From an uncultured Gemmatimonadales bacterium (GTDB lineage: Bacteria > Gemmatimonadota > Gemmatimonadetes > Gemmatimonadales > Gemmatimonadaceae), in assembly GCA_963850905.1 (NCBI GenBank), contig CAWKMU010000003.1, positions 1,760,001 to 1,824,000 on the forward strand: a stretch of 64,000 nucleotides of DNA, in the 5' to 3' direction. The notes under the pieces are model-generated. The model worked only from the letters and a program-made list of their open reading frames with translations. It was not told the DNA's origin and ran no database searches. The position numbers were made by a program, and so were the translations under genes. Of the stretch, positions 1 to 8,949 are shown piece after piece (position 1 is the first letter of the stretch; the number at the start of each line of letters is the position of its first letter).

Positions 1-2
1 CG

Positions 3-350
3 CTCGCCGATCGCCTGTACGACAGCGCCACCCTGATCCATCCTGGTCTCTTCGCCGTCTACATCAAGCAAGCGCGCCTCCGATATCGCGATGGCAACTA
101 CGGCGGGGCTATCCGGTCGGCACGCTCCGCCTACCTCGCGGCGCACGACTCGCTCGAAGCGCTCAACATCCTGACCGGCGCAGCGCAGCGAATCGGCGAC
201 TTCACGAGTGCGGAATGGGCGTTCCAGCACGGGCTGGCGGACCATCCGCGCGATAGCACGCTCCATCGCCAGTACTCCTGGATGCTCGCCGCGCGGGGCG
301 ACACGGCGGCGAGTCGCCGCGAAGCGGAGCGGGCCGCGGGTTTGAGGTGA
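3..350 (+). CDS. C-terminal fragment of a TPR-like helical repeat protein (5' end outside window)
   Basis: Manual translation of the open frame from nt 3 to TGA at 348-350: LADRLYDSATLIHPGLFAVYIKQARLRYRDGNYGGAIRSARSAY...GDFTSAEWAFQHGLADHPRDSTLH...LAARGDTAASRREAERA, with TPR-like A/G/Y/P periodicity. Not in the ORF track because it has no start codon. Confidence 0.65.
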   Translation, partial: LADRLYDSATLIHPGLFAVYIKQARLRYRDGNYGGAIRSARSAYLAAHDSLEALNILTGAAQRIGDFTSAEWAFQHGLADHPRDSTLHRQYSWMLAARGDTAASRREAERAAGLR

Positions 351-494
351 CAAGACGCAGCCTCCCCGACCTCGAAAGCAGTCTCAAGACGCTGTTTTGT
401 CAGGCCTGGTGGCTACAGGATCGACAGGCAGCTTGCAAGCGGCCGTGCATTATGCCCCAGCCAGGGGTGTTCGAACGGGCCCCTGTTAAGACGC

Positions 495-519
495 TAAGTC
501 GATTAGGGATAACGGCTTA
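495..519. promoter_or_regulatory. AT-rich imperfect palindrome, candidate IHF-type bending site upstream of the pilA promoter
   Basis: TAAGTCGATTAGGGATAACGGCTTA (TAAG-CG...CG-CTTA dyad), about 20 nt upstream of the -24 box. Confidence 0.35.
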
Positions 520-536
520 ATCTCGGGATCCAAAGC

Positions 537-552
537 GGGCCCGACGGTTGCC
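537..552 (+). promoter_or_regulatory. Putative sigma54 (-24/-12) promoter of pilA
   Basis: GGGCCCG-ACGG-TTGCC fits TGGCACG-N4-TTGCW with exact GG-N10-GC spacing. pilA genes are commonly RpoN/PilR-dependent. Confidence 0.55.
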
Positions 553-624
553 CCTAAGGGGGACATGTCGACCTAGACCGCCGGCGACCTCTGGTTGCCG
601 ACCAATCTCACTCTGGAGCAAGCA

Positions 625-1014
625 ATGACGCAGAACCGGAAGGGCTTTACGCTGATCGAGTTGTTGATCGTGGTCGTCATCATCGGCATTTTGGCGGCGA
701 TCGCGATTCCGAAGTTCGCCAACACGAAGCAACAGGCCTACCTGGCGACCCTCAAGTCGGACCTGCGCAACTTGGTCACGGCCGAGGAGGCGTACTTCGC
801 GGACAACACCACCTACACGACGTCGTTGGCGACCACGCAGTTCGACGCGTCGCAGGGTGTGACGTACAACGTGTCGAACGCGAGCGGGACAGGCTGGGAA
901 GCGACCGCGACGCACGTCGGGTTGGTCGGTGCCACGCCGTCGGGGTGCCACATTGCAATCGGCACGTACGCGACGACTGCAAGCGAGGACGAAGGCGCGC
1001 CGTACTGCCCGTAA
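625..1014 (+). CDS. pilA: Type IVa major pilin
   Basis: GGAG RBS at 615-618; class III signal MTQNRKG|FTLIELLIVVVIIGILAAIAIP with E5; C-terminal Cys pair. Confidence 0.93.
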   Translation: MTQNRKGFTLIELLIVVVIIGILAAIAIPKFANTKQQAYLATLKSDLRNLVTAEEAYFADNTTYTTSLATTQFDASQGVTYNVSNASGTGWEATATHVGLVGATPSGCHIAIGTYATTASEDEGAPYCP

Positions 1015-1040
1015 CAGGCAGCAGCAGGAGCGCAATGGTT

Positions 1041-1076
1041 CGAGGGCCAGCCGCGGGCGACCGCGGCTGGCCCTCG
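1041..1076 (+). terminator. Perfect 16-bp stem-loop with GCGA tetraloop downstream of pilA (terminator or mRNA stabiliser)
   Basis: CGAGGGCCAGCCGCGG-GCGA-CCGCGGCTGGCCCTCG; no U-tract. Confidence 0.6.
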
Positions 1077-1096
1077 GTGCGTCAAGGACTTTACGG

Positions 1097-1212
1097 CGGG
1101 GTCAGTCGTCAGGGGTCAGGGGTCAGGGAACAAACGTGCATGTCTGGTCGGGCGCACGAGACCTAACCCAGAAGTGACTTGCCCGACCCCTGATCCCCGA
1201 TCCCTGACCCCG
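1097..1212. repeat. Heptamer tandem repeats (GGGGTCA)n arranged as an inverted pair
   Basis: GGGGTCA GTCGTCA GGGGTCA GGGGTCA GGGAAC ... CCCGACCCC TGATCCC CGATCCC TGACCCCG. Confidence 0.8.
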
Positions 1213-1363
1213 CTCTTCATACGGTTGGGCTCGTTACCTTGGCCCCCGGCGAGTCGTGTGTGCTGTGAATGACCGGTCGGAGTGGCAGTAATGACCGGTG
1301 CGCGGGTCGCTAATGCACTCGCGTTGTGTGCCCACGACTCACTGGCGACACGCCCAACCACAC

Positions 1364-2416
1364 ATGGCGCTTCTCGGCCGTAAGAAGACGACGATCGGAC
1401 TCGACATTGGCTCGGGTCTCGTCAAAGTAGCCGTGATTGACCACGGCCGGTCCGAACCTGAATTGACCAAGGTCGCGATCGCGCCACTGCTCGCCGACGC
1501 GATCGTCGAGGGGGAAATCATGGACCCCGCGATCGTCGCGGACGCGGTCCGGAATGCCTTCGAGCAGGCGGAAATCAAGCTCAAAGGGGTCAAGGGCGTC
1601 GTCACCGCCGTCGGTGGCCGTGACGTCATCATCAAGAAAATTCAGATCGAGCGCGTGAAAGAGCAGCAGGCGCGCGAGCTGATGCGCTGGGAAGCGGAGC
1701 AGCACGTGCCCTTCGACATGGAGTCGGTGGAGCTGGACTTCCAGATCCTCGACCCGGACGCCGAAGGGCTGGAAATGAGCGTGCTGCTCGTCGCTGCCAA
1801 GCGCGAGCTCGTCGAAGCCAAGCTGCGGCTCCTCACCGATGCCGGGATACAGACCAGCGTCGTCGACGTGGATGCCTTCGCGCTGCACAATGCGTTCGAG
1901 GTGAATCACCCGAATGCGATGTCGGGCGTCGTCGCGTTGGTGAACATCGGACACGAGGTCACCAACATCAACATCCTGGATGACGGCGTACCGATTCTCA
2001 CGCGTGATGTCACGCTGGGCACGCGCCGGCTGCGCGAGGACCTGCAGCGCGATCGCGGGCTCGGTGCCGAGGAAGCCGATGGGCTGCTGCAAGGTTACGA
2101 TCGGTCCCCACACCTCGACGCGGTGATCGAGACACGCGGCGAGGAGATCGCGGTGGGTATCGAGCGCGCGGCTGCCTTCATCGCATCCTCGTCGCGCTCA
2201 GCGGCGCAGTTGCGGGCGGTCTACACCTGCGGCGGCGGTGCGCGCATCCCGGGACTCACCGAAGCGTTGTCAGCTCGGCTCCGGTTGACGGTTCAGCAAG
2301 CCAACCCGTTGGCCAACTTGAAGGTGCGTGACGGCGCCCTCGAGTCGCTCGTCACGGACGAGGTCGCTCCGTTGCTCATGCTCCCGATCGGCCTCGCCTT
2401 GCGCAAGGTCGCCTAG
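1364..2416 (+). CDS. pilM: Type IV pilus assembly protein PilM (actin-like)
   Basis: IGLDIGS, EAEQHVPF, LLVAAK, NIGHEVTNI and GGGARIPGL motifs; first gene of a pilMNOPQ array. Confidence 0.93.
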   Translation: MALLGRKKTTIGLDIGSGLVKVAVIDHGRSEPELTKVAIAPLLADAIVEGEIMDPAIVADAVRNAFEQAEIKLKGVKGVVTAVGGRDVIIKKIQIERVKEQQARELMRWEAEQHVPFDMESVELDFQILDPDAEGLEMSVLLVAAKRELVEAKLRLLTDAGIQTSVVDVDAFALHNAFEVNHPNAMSGVVALVNIGHEVTNINILDDGVPILTRDVTLGTRRLREDLQRDRGLGAEEADGLLQGYDRSPHLDAVIETRGEEIAVGIERAAAFIASSSRSAAQLRAVYTCGGGARIPGLTEALSARLRLTVQQANPLANLKVRDGALESLVTDEVAPLLMLPIGLALRKVA

Positions 2417-2447
2417 CTCTCCCGCAAACCGTCGAGGCACGCCTGTC

Positions 2448-3176
2448 ATGATTGAAATCAACCTGCTGCCCGGTGCGGGAAAGAAATCCCGTGGCGCGGG
2501 CGCGGGCGTCAATGTCGGCGCGTCGTTCGCGACGGCCGCCAACCGGGTCAAGGATCCGTTCATGCTCCTGGCGGCCGCGAGCATCATCGCGGCCGGCGCC
2601 GTCATTCCGATGTTGACGCTGCGGCAACAGGGTGTGTCGCAAGAGCTGGCGAGCCGCGAGCAGAAGCAGGTACAGGATTCGACCCGCTACGCAGCCGTAC
2701 TGCGTGAGAAGAAGAAAGCCGAGACGCAGCGCGACTCGGTCATGCGACAGCTCAACATCATCAAGACCATCGACAACGATCGATTCGTGTGGCCGCACGT
2801 CATGGACGAGATCAGTCGTGCGCTACCGCAATACACCTGGATCGTGTCCGTCAAGCAGACCAGCGCGCCCACAGCCGCGGGCGCCGAGGACGCGAGCAAG
2901 GACGCCAAGGACAAGAAGAAGAAGGCGAGTGAGCAGGAGGAGGCGCCGCAGCCGATGAAGTTCACGGTGGTCGGCAACACCGTCGACATTCAGGCACTGA
3001 CGCGCTTCATGAAGCTGCTCGCCGCATCGCCGTTCATTCAGAACGTGCAACTCGTGAACTCGCAGCTGGCGCAGGCGGATGGCAAGGAAGTGACCGAGTT
3101 CACGCTCGAAGCCCAATACCACCAACCGGATTCGACGGCGATCCGGACCGTTCCGCTCACGCTGTCGGTGAGGTAG
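2448..3176 (+). CDS. pilN: Type IV pilus assembly protein PilN
   Basis: N-terminal INLLP motif, TM helix, coiled coil, EISRALP...W. Confidence 0.9.
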   Translation: MIEINLLPGAGKKSRGAGAGVNVGASFATAANRVKDPFMLLAAASIIAAGAVIPMLTLRQQGVSQELASREQKQVQDSTRYAAVLREKKKAETQRDSVMRQLNIIKTIDNDRFVWPHVMDEISRALPQYTWIVSVKQTSAPTAAGAEDASKDAKDKKKKASEQEEAPQPMKFTVVGNTVDIQALTRFMKLLAASPFIQNVQLVNSQLAQADGKEVTEFTLEAQYHQPDSTAIRTVPLTLSVR

Positions 3177-3182
3177 CCGACC

Positions 3183-3824
3183 ATGGCGCTCATACCGCAT
3201 ACTCAGCGCGACAAGCTGATGCTCGTCGTGATGCTGATCTCCCTCGTGTTGGTGGTCGCGTACTGGGAGTTCGTGTACGCGCCCAAGACCAACGAGCTGG
3301 CGCAGCTGCGCACGCACGTCGAGTCGCTCCAGAGCTCGAACCAGCGCGCGAAGGCGGAGCTCGCGAAGGGCAGCGTCAACGACCTGCGACAGCAGGCGCT
3401 TCGCTACCAACAGAACCTGCAGCTCATGCGGCAGCTCGTGCCAACCAGCAACGAGGTGCCCGCCTTGCTCGAGCAGATCTCCACGGCGGCGCGTCGCGTC
3501 GACCTCGACATCAACACCGTGACGCCCGAGCCGGTGATCGAAGGCGAGCAGTTCGACACGTATCGCTACAAGCTGACGGTGATCGGTGGGTATCACCCGC
3601 TGGCGGAGTTCCTGACGAACGTCGGGTCACTCACGCGTATCGTCGCGCCGGTGAACTTGGACCTCGAGCCAGCGAGTGGTCAGGAGGCGTCGAACTCGCG
3701 CACCAAGCACGGGCAGGCCGTGCTGACGTCGAAGTTCGAGATCCAGACGTATGTGGCCAAGCAGACCAGCGCGGACGAAGACGTGCCGCATTCGCGTCTG
3801 ACGAAGCCGGGGGCGAAAACATGA
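3183..3824 (+). CDS. pilO: Type IV pilus assembly protein PilO
   Basis: TM helix plus coiled coil; LVPTSNEVPALLEQIS and GGYHPLAEFL..VGSLTRIV. Confidence 0.9.
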   Translation: MALIPHTQRDKLMLVVMLISLVLVVAYWEFVYAPKTNELAQLRTHVESLQSSNQRAKAELAKGSVNDLRQQALRYQQNLQLMRQLVPTSNEVPALLEQISTAARRVDLDINTVTPEPVIEGEQFDTYRYKLTVIGGYHPLAEFLTNVGSLTRIVAPVNLDLEPASGQEASNSRTKHGQAVLTSKFEIQTYVAKQTSADEDVPHSRLTKPGAKT

Positions 3825-4705
3825 CAACCATCCGTGAGAGTATCAGGACGTCTGTCGCGCGCACGGCGGGCCTCATCGCAGTGATCGGGCTCGCGTTCGC
3901 CGTTGGCGCGGTGACGCCTTCACCTGCGGCGGCGCAGTCGCAAATCCTCACCGGGCCGAAGCAGGCCGCGATGCGGGCAGCGGCTGCCGCCAATGCCCAA
4001 ACAGCGGCGATGCAGAACACGGACGCCGTCTCCCCGGCCGTCCCGTCTTCCAAGTCGGCCCCGGCACCGCAGCCGTCGCGGCGGCCCGCGGCACCGATCG
4101 TCGCGAGCACACCAGCTCCGGCCACCGCCGCGAAGCCGCTCGGCGCCGCTCGACCGGTGCCCGGTGTAGCGGGGAAGGGCGCGGTTGCGACGGCAGGTGC
4201 CGCACCCGTCGCCAGCACGGCCAAGACGACCACCCCCGCAGGGGCCAGGGCGTCGGTTCCGGGGCTCGCGAAGGCCACACCCACGGCGCCGGCCGGCGCG
4301 AGCGCGACGGCGGCGACTGCCGGTGGGGACAGCGCTGGCTCCATCTCAGTGACCGAGCGTGGCGTCAAGGGTGAGGTCTCGCTGAATCGCGAGGTCTTCT
4401 CCTACGACGCCAGCGGGCGACGCGATCCGTTCATCTCGCTGATGCGCTCGGGCGACCTGAGGCCCATGCTCTCCGATCTACGGCTCACGACGGTGCTGTA
4501 CGACGCGACTGGGCAGAATTCGATCGCGGTGATGCGGGATCAGTCCACGAAGGACCAATACCGCGTACGCGTCGGCATGACACTCGGACGGATGCGCGTC
4601 GCGCAAATCCAGCCGAAGCAGGTGGTGTTCACGATCGAGGAAGTCGGCTTCAGTCGCCAGGAGGCGCTGGCGCTGGGTGATACAACTAAAGCGAGGACGC
4701 CATGA
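3821..4705 (+). CDS. pilP: PilP-like protein with a long Ala/Pro/Thr linker
   Basis: Position between pilO and pilQ; GRRDPF motif and beta-domain (YRVRVGMTLG..V..I). Confidence 0.65.
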   Translation: MTTIRESIRTSVARTAGLIAVIGLAFAVGAVTPSPAAAQSQILTGPKQAAMRAAAAANAQTAAMQNTDAVSPAVPSSKSAPAPQPSRRPAAPIVASTPAPATAAKPLGAARPVPGVAGKGAVATAGAAPVASTAKTTTPAGARASVPGLAKATPTAPAGASATAATAGGDSAGSISVTERGVKGEVSLNREVFSYDASGRRDPFISLMRSGDLRPMLSDLRLTTVLYDATGQNSIAVMRDQSTKDQYRVRVGMTLGRMRVAQIQPKQVVFTIEEVGFSRQEALALGDTTKARTP

Positions 4706-6714
4706 AGCATGTTTGGACGCTCGCCGCGGTCACGGCAGCCGCGCTAGTCGGGCGAACCCCCGCAACTGCGTTCGCTTTGCCCGGCGACGCACTGCTGCGC
4801 GGCACGCCGACAACGACTGACCGAGGGCCGGCCACGTCCGATGAGACGCCGCCGCGCGCGGCGGCGTCTGTCACCGGCCTCAGTGTCGTCCCGGGCACCG
4901 GACGCGCCGAGGTCGTGATTGCAGTCGATAGCTCGGTGCAAGCGCAGGACTTCGTTCTCGAAGCCTCGCCGTATCGTATCGTCCTCGATCTGACCGGTGC
5001 CAGGTTGGACCTCGCGCCTCGCTTCTACGACCGGGTGACGCGGGGCAGTATCACCAACGTCCGCTACGCGCAGTACCGGGCCGGGGTGGTGCGGGTCGTC
5101 GTGGAGCTGGACGGTCCACACGAGTACACGATGGTGCGTGGGGCGCACGACCTGCGTCTCGCGATCGATGGCGGCAACGCCAGCTTCGCCGCGTGGGATG
5201 CCAGCCATGCGGGTCGGTCCACTGGCGCGCGCGCGGTCGCTGCTGCCGTCGCAGAGGATGCGATGCCGCAAGCCAGTGCGTCCGTTGCAACGCCGACCAG
5301 AACGTCCGACATCGTGGTGACGGCCGCGGGTTCCCTCTCCGATTCGCCGAGCGGGCGACACCGCACCTTCCTCCAGCGGGGGAATCAGTCGAGCCAGCCG
5401 CGCATCACGGTGACCTACCAGGACTCCGACATCCGCGACGTCCTCGCCGCGTTCGCCGCGTTCTCAGGCCGCACGATCGTCGTCGGCAAGGACGTGCAGG
5501 GGACAGTGACCGCCGAGGTCCGCGACCAACCCTGGGACGTCGCGCTGCAATCGATTCTCGCGTCGCAGCAGCTCGCGGCGTCCGAGGACCAGTACGGAAT
5601 CATCACCGTCGACAGCTACAAGAACATCCAGGCCAAGCAAGCCAGCGAGCCGCTCGTCACCCAGCTCGTCACGCTGAACTACGCGAACGCCTTCGGGCTG
5701 GTGAAGACGGTGCAGTCACTGCTCGCCCGCGATTGTGGTCCCGGCCAGGGCGGCGGCGCGGCCGGCGCCGCGCCTGCTCAGAGCCAGGCGTGCCAGCCGC
5801 GCGGCAACGTGGTCGCCGATACGGGGACCAACACGCTGCTGATCACCGAGTCGCAGTCGCACATGCAGGACGTCGTCAACTACATTCGCGACCTCGACAT
5901 TCGCACGCCGCAGGTTTCGATCAAGGCCAAGATCATCTTCGTCAACCGCACGGTACTCAACTCGCTTGGGCTGGCGTATGACATCGGTGACAATGGCACC
6001 TTCTTCAACACCCTGGTGCAGCGGATCGACCCGCAGACGGGCCAGCCATACCCCAGCAACGTCACGACGGTCAATGTCGGGGGCAACGCACTTGCCGCGG
6101 TCTCCAACGCCGCACGGCCGTACCAATTGGGAGCCGCCCTCAGTCTCCTTTATACCGCTGCCGTCGGCAAGTTCTCGTTGACCTCGTTCATCGACGCGAC
6201 GGCGTCCCTCCAGCTGTCGGACGTGCAGGCGGAGCCCAGCGTCGTCACGCTCGACAATCGATTGGCGCAGATCCAGGTCGGTGAAGAGACGCCGATCCGC
6301 GTGATCGACGCGAGTGCCAGCGGGTCCGCCGGACCACCGGTTGCGACGGTCCAGTGGAAGGAATCGGGTATCATTCTGTCGGTCACGCCCCATATCACGA
6401 GAGACGGCCAGATCTTGATGCAGCTCCACGCGGAACAGTCGCAGCTGCAGCAGGTCGGTGGAGATCTCGGATACAACTTCTTCAAGCGCGCGGCGGACAC
6501 GAAGCTGCTGGTCAGCGACGGTGAGACGGCCGTTATCGGCGGTCTGACTGAGACCACGGTCACGAAGTCCAAGAACTCCATTCCGCTGCTGGGTGAGCTC
6601 CCGCTCGTCGGGTCGCTCTTCTCGCAGACGCAGACAACGGACGAGAAACAGGACCTGCTGATCCTGATCACGCCCCGCGTGATCGGCACCAACGACGCGG
6701 TGCGGATGCGGTAG
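4702..6714 (+). CDS. pilQ: Type IV pilus secretin PilQ (AMIN, N domains, secretin)
   Basis: AMIN (PYRIVLDL, VRVVVEL), VPWD-like QPWDVAL, secretin signature GETAVIGGL...IPLLGELPLVGSLF...LLILITPRVI. Confidence 0.93.
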   Translation: MKHVWTLAAVTAAALVGRTPATAFALPGDALLRGTPTTTDRGPATSDETPPRAAASVTGLSVVPGTGRAEVVIAVDSSVQAQDFVLEASPYRIVLDLTGARLDLAPRFYDRVTRGSITNVRYAQYRAGVVRVVVELDGPHEYTMVRGAHDLRLAIDGGNASFAAWDASHAGRSTGARAVAAAVAEDAMPQASASVATPTRTSDIVVTAAGSLSDSPSGRHRTFLQRGNQSSQPRITVTYQDSDIRDVLAAFAAFSGRTIVVGKDVQGTVTAEVRDQPWDVALQSILASQQLAASEDQYGIITVDSYKNIQAKQASEPLVTQLVTLNYANAFGLVKTVQSLLARDCGPGQGGGAAGAAPAQSQACQPRGNVVADTGTNTLLITESQSHMQDVVNYIRDLDIRTPQVSIKAKIIFVNRTVLNSLGLAYDIGDNGTFFNTLVQRIDPQTGQPYPSNVTTVNVGGNALAAVSNAARPYQLGAALSLLYTAAVGKFSLTSFIDATASLQLSDVQAEPSVVTLDNRLAQIQVGEETPIRVIDASASGSAGPPVATVQWKESGIILSVTPHITRDGQILMQLHAEQSQLQQVGGDLGYNFFKRAADTKLLVSDGETAVIGGLTETTVTKSKNSIPLLGELPLVGSLFSQTQTTDEKQDLLILITPRVIGTNDAVRMR

Positions 6715-6720
6715 GGCAAC

Positions 6721-6878
6721 GGCCGGGGTCCGGGGTCCGGGGCCCGGGAACGACAACCGCAGGACGCTCGGGGCCAGTCGCAGGAGACCGCGACTGGCCC
6801 TATAGTTTTGTAGCGGGTTCCGTGTTCGCAGCTGCAGTTCCCGGACCCGACCTGTAACCCGGAACCCGGACCCCGGCC
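6721..6878. repeat. Heptamer (GGGGTCC)n inverted-repeat element enclosing a hairpin
   Basis: GGCCGGGGTCCGGGGTCCGGGGCCCGGGAAC pairs with GTTCCCGGACCC...CCCGGAACCCGGACCCCGGCC. Confidence 0.8.
6771..6810 (+). terminator. Probable intrinsic terminator of pilMNOPQ
   Basis: GGGCCAGTCGC-AGGAGACC-GCGACTGGCCC followed by TATAGTTTT. Confidence 0.6.
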
Positions 6879-6880
6879 TT

Positions 6881-8147
6881 TTGCTCTCCTTCACCACCGC
6901 AGGCGAATCACACGGCCCCGCGCTCGTCAGCATCCTCGAAGGGATGCCCGCCGGCGTGCCGCTCCTGGCCGCCGACGTCGACGCCGAACTGGCGCGACGG
7001 CAGCAGGGCTACGGCCGCGGCCGGCGCATGCAGATCGAGCACGATACCGTGGAGTTCCTCGCCGGCGTCCGCGCCGGCGAGACGCTCGGGTCCCCGATCG
7101 CGATGTACATTCGAAACCGCGACTGGGCGAACTGGCAACACATCATGGATCCCGCGCCGCGCTCGGAAGACCAGGTGCTCGCCGAGGACACCTCGCAGGC
7201 GGACGGCCCACGCCCGGTGCAGACGGTCGGCGCGGCTCGTGCTCGGCGGGCGCCGCGCGCGCGCGCGGTGACTCGGCCGAGGCCGGGCCATGCCGATCTC
7301 GCAGGAGTACTCAAGTACGATCGCGACGACGCACGTGATATCCTCGAGCGGGCGTCCGCACGAGAGACGACGGCGCGCGTCGCGGCCGGCGCTGTGTGCC
7401 GGCGGCTGCTGCGCGAGTTCGACATCACGGTTGGCAGCCATCTCGGTGCACCTCGGTGGCATCGACGCGATGCGCCCCGATGTGCTGCCAGCGGACATCA
7501 ACGCGGCGGCGGACGCATCGCCGCTGCGCACGTTGGACCGTGAAGCCGAGCAGCGGATGATCGAGCGCATCGATGCGGTGAAGCGCGAGGGCAACACGCT
7601 CGGCGGCATCTGCGAAGTAGTGTGTGAAGGACTGCCCGTGGGATTGGGATCACATGTCGCGTGGCATCGGAAGCTGGACGGCAGGCTCGGGGCCGCGTTA
7701 CTCTCGATACCGGCCGTGAAAGGCGTGGAGATGGGGATCGGTTTCGAAGCGGCGCGCCGGACGGGAGCCGAGGTGCATGACGAAATCGAGCTCGCGCGCG
7801 ACCGTCCTAAGAGTGGCTTCGTCAGACGGCGCACCAACCGTGCAGGAGGACTCGAAGGCGGCATGACCACTGGCGAGCCGCTCGTGCTTCGTGTAGCCAT
7901 GAAGCCGATCAGTACGCTCATGCGGCCCCTGGGCACCATCGATACAGCGACCCGCGCGTCGGCGACTGCCGTCGCCGAACGCAGTGACGTCACCGCGGTG
8001 CCTGCGATGGGCGTGATCGCGGAGGCGATGGTCGCGTTCGTGATGGCGCAGGCGTTTCTCGAGAAGTTCGGGGGCGACTCCCTGGGTGAGTTACGACGGA
8101 ACTACGAGGGATACCTGGCCCAGGTGGCCGGGCGCATGGCCGACTAG
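6881..8147 (+). CDS. aroC: Chorismate synthase (apparent +1 frameshift near 7444)
   Basis: [24 protein letters not shown] and [12 protein letters not shown] in ORF 6881; [20 protein letters not shown] and ERSD in ORF 7290. The frames join as GSHLVHLGG. Confidence 0.93.
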
Positions 8148-8235
8148 GTCAGATGTACAGCGGCCGGGCAACGTGTCTCTGGGCGGGCAGGGTCCGGCCG
8201 ACGCAGCGCTTCCGTCAGGCGCCGTGGCGAGTCAG

Positions 8236-8949
8236 GTGACTGACGCGTTGAGGCTGCGCACGCATATCGTGCTGATTGGCTTGCCCGGGGCCGGCAAGAC
8301 CACCGTGGGGTCCGCTCTTGCCAGGCTACTCGATTGTCCCTTCATCGATCTCGATGAGGACGTGGTTCGGCACGCCGGGAGACCGATCGCGACGATCTTT
8401 GCGACGGATGGTGAGGAACACTTTCGAGCCCTCGAGCGCGAGGCGACGCTCAGAGTTCAGCGCGCGCCCCCGTCCATCGTGGCGGCGGGCGGTGGGTGGG
8501 CTACCGTACCGGAGACCGTCGCGCTCTTGCGACCACCGGCCCGTCTCACCTATCTCAAGGTCGATCCAGCGTCCGCAGCGCGCCGTCTCCATCGCTCGGC
8601 GCATCTGCGGCCTCTGTTGCGGGACGGCGCGGAGGCGGCGCTCGAGCGATTATTGAATGGTCGGCAAAAGGCCTACGAAGGCGCCGATTGGGTGGTAGAT
8701 ACGCAAGTGCTTACTAGGCAAGCTGTTATGGACAGGCTGGTGGCTCTGATCAAGGACGAAGTCGTGTCCATGAGGATGGTCCAGGGGTATGGAACGGCCG
8801 GAGGATTGCAGGCCTGCGCGGGTTACTCGAACCCCGGGCGCAGGGAACCTGCCGGGCTTGCTGCCGAGCTCAGCCGTGCCGAACCATCGTTGCAGTCGTC
8901 GGATATAAGGTATGGAAGGGAGGAGTTAGATAGAGTGTTGCCGCTATGA
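8236..8949 (+). CDS. aroK: Shikimate kinase (start uncertain; C-terminal extension)
   Basis: Walker A GLPGAGKTTVG, DLD, GEEHFRALE, GGG and RPLL motifs; follows aroC. Confidence 0.88.
   Translation: MTDALRLRTHIVLIGLPGAGKTTVGSALARLLDCPFIDLDEDVVRHAGRPIATIFATDGEEHFRALEREATLRVQRAPPSIVAAGGGWATVPETVALLRPPARLTYLKVDPASAARRLHRSAHLRPLLRDGAEAALERLLNGRQKAYEGADWVVDTQVLTRQAVMDRLVALIKDEVVSMRMVQGYGTAGGLQACAGYSNPGRREPAGLAAELSRAEPSLQSSDIRYGREELDRVLPL

Noticed and set aside
504..521. Resemblance to the I-SceI site (TAGGGATAACGGCTTAAT, 15/18)
   Set aside because: The mismatches fall in the core and there is no homing endonuclease or vector context. It is better explained as part of the promoter palindrome.
520..605. 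c-di-GMP-I/GEMM riboswitch upstream of pilA (ends GGTTGCCG)
   Set aside because: I could not build the P2 GNRA stem or the tetraloop receptor, and the region overlaps the sigma54 box. An Rfam scan would settle it.
1097..1212. Short repeats as a CRISPR array
   Set aside because: The units are 7 nt with no unique spacers between them, and there are no cas genes.
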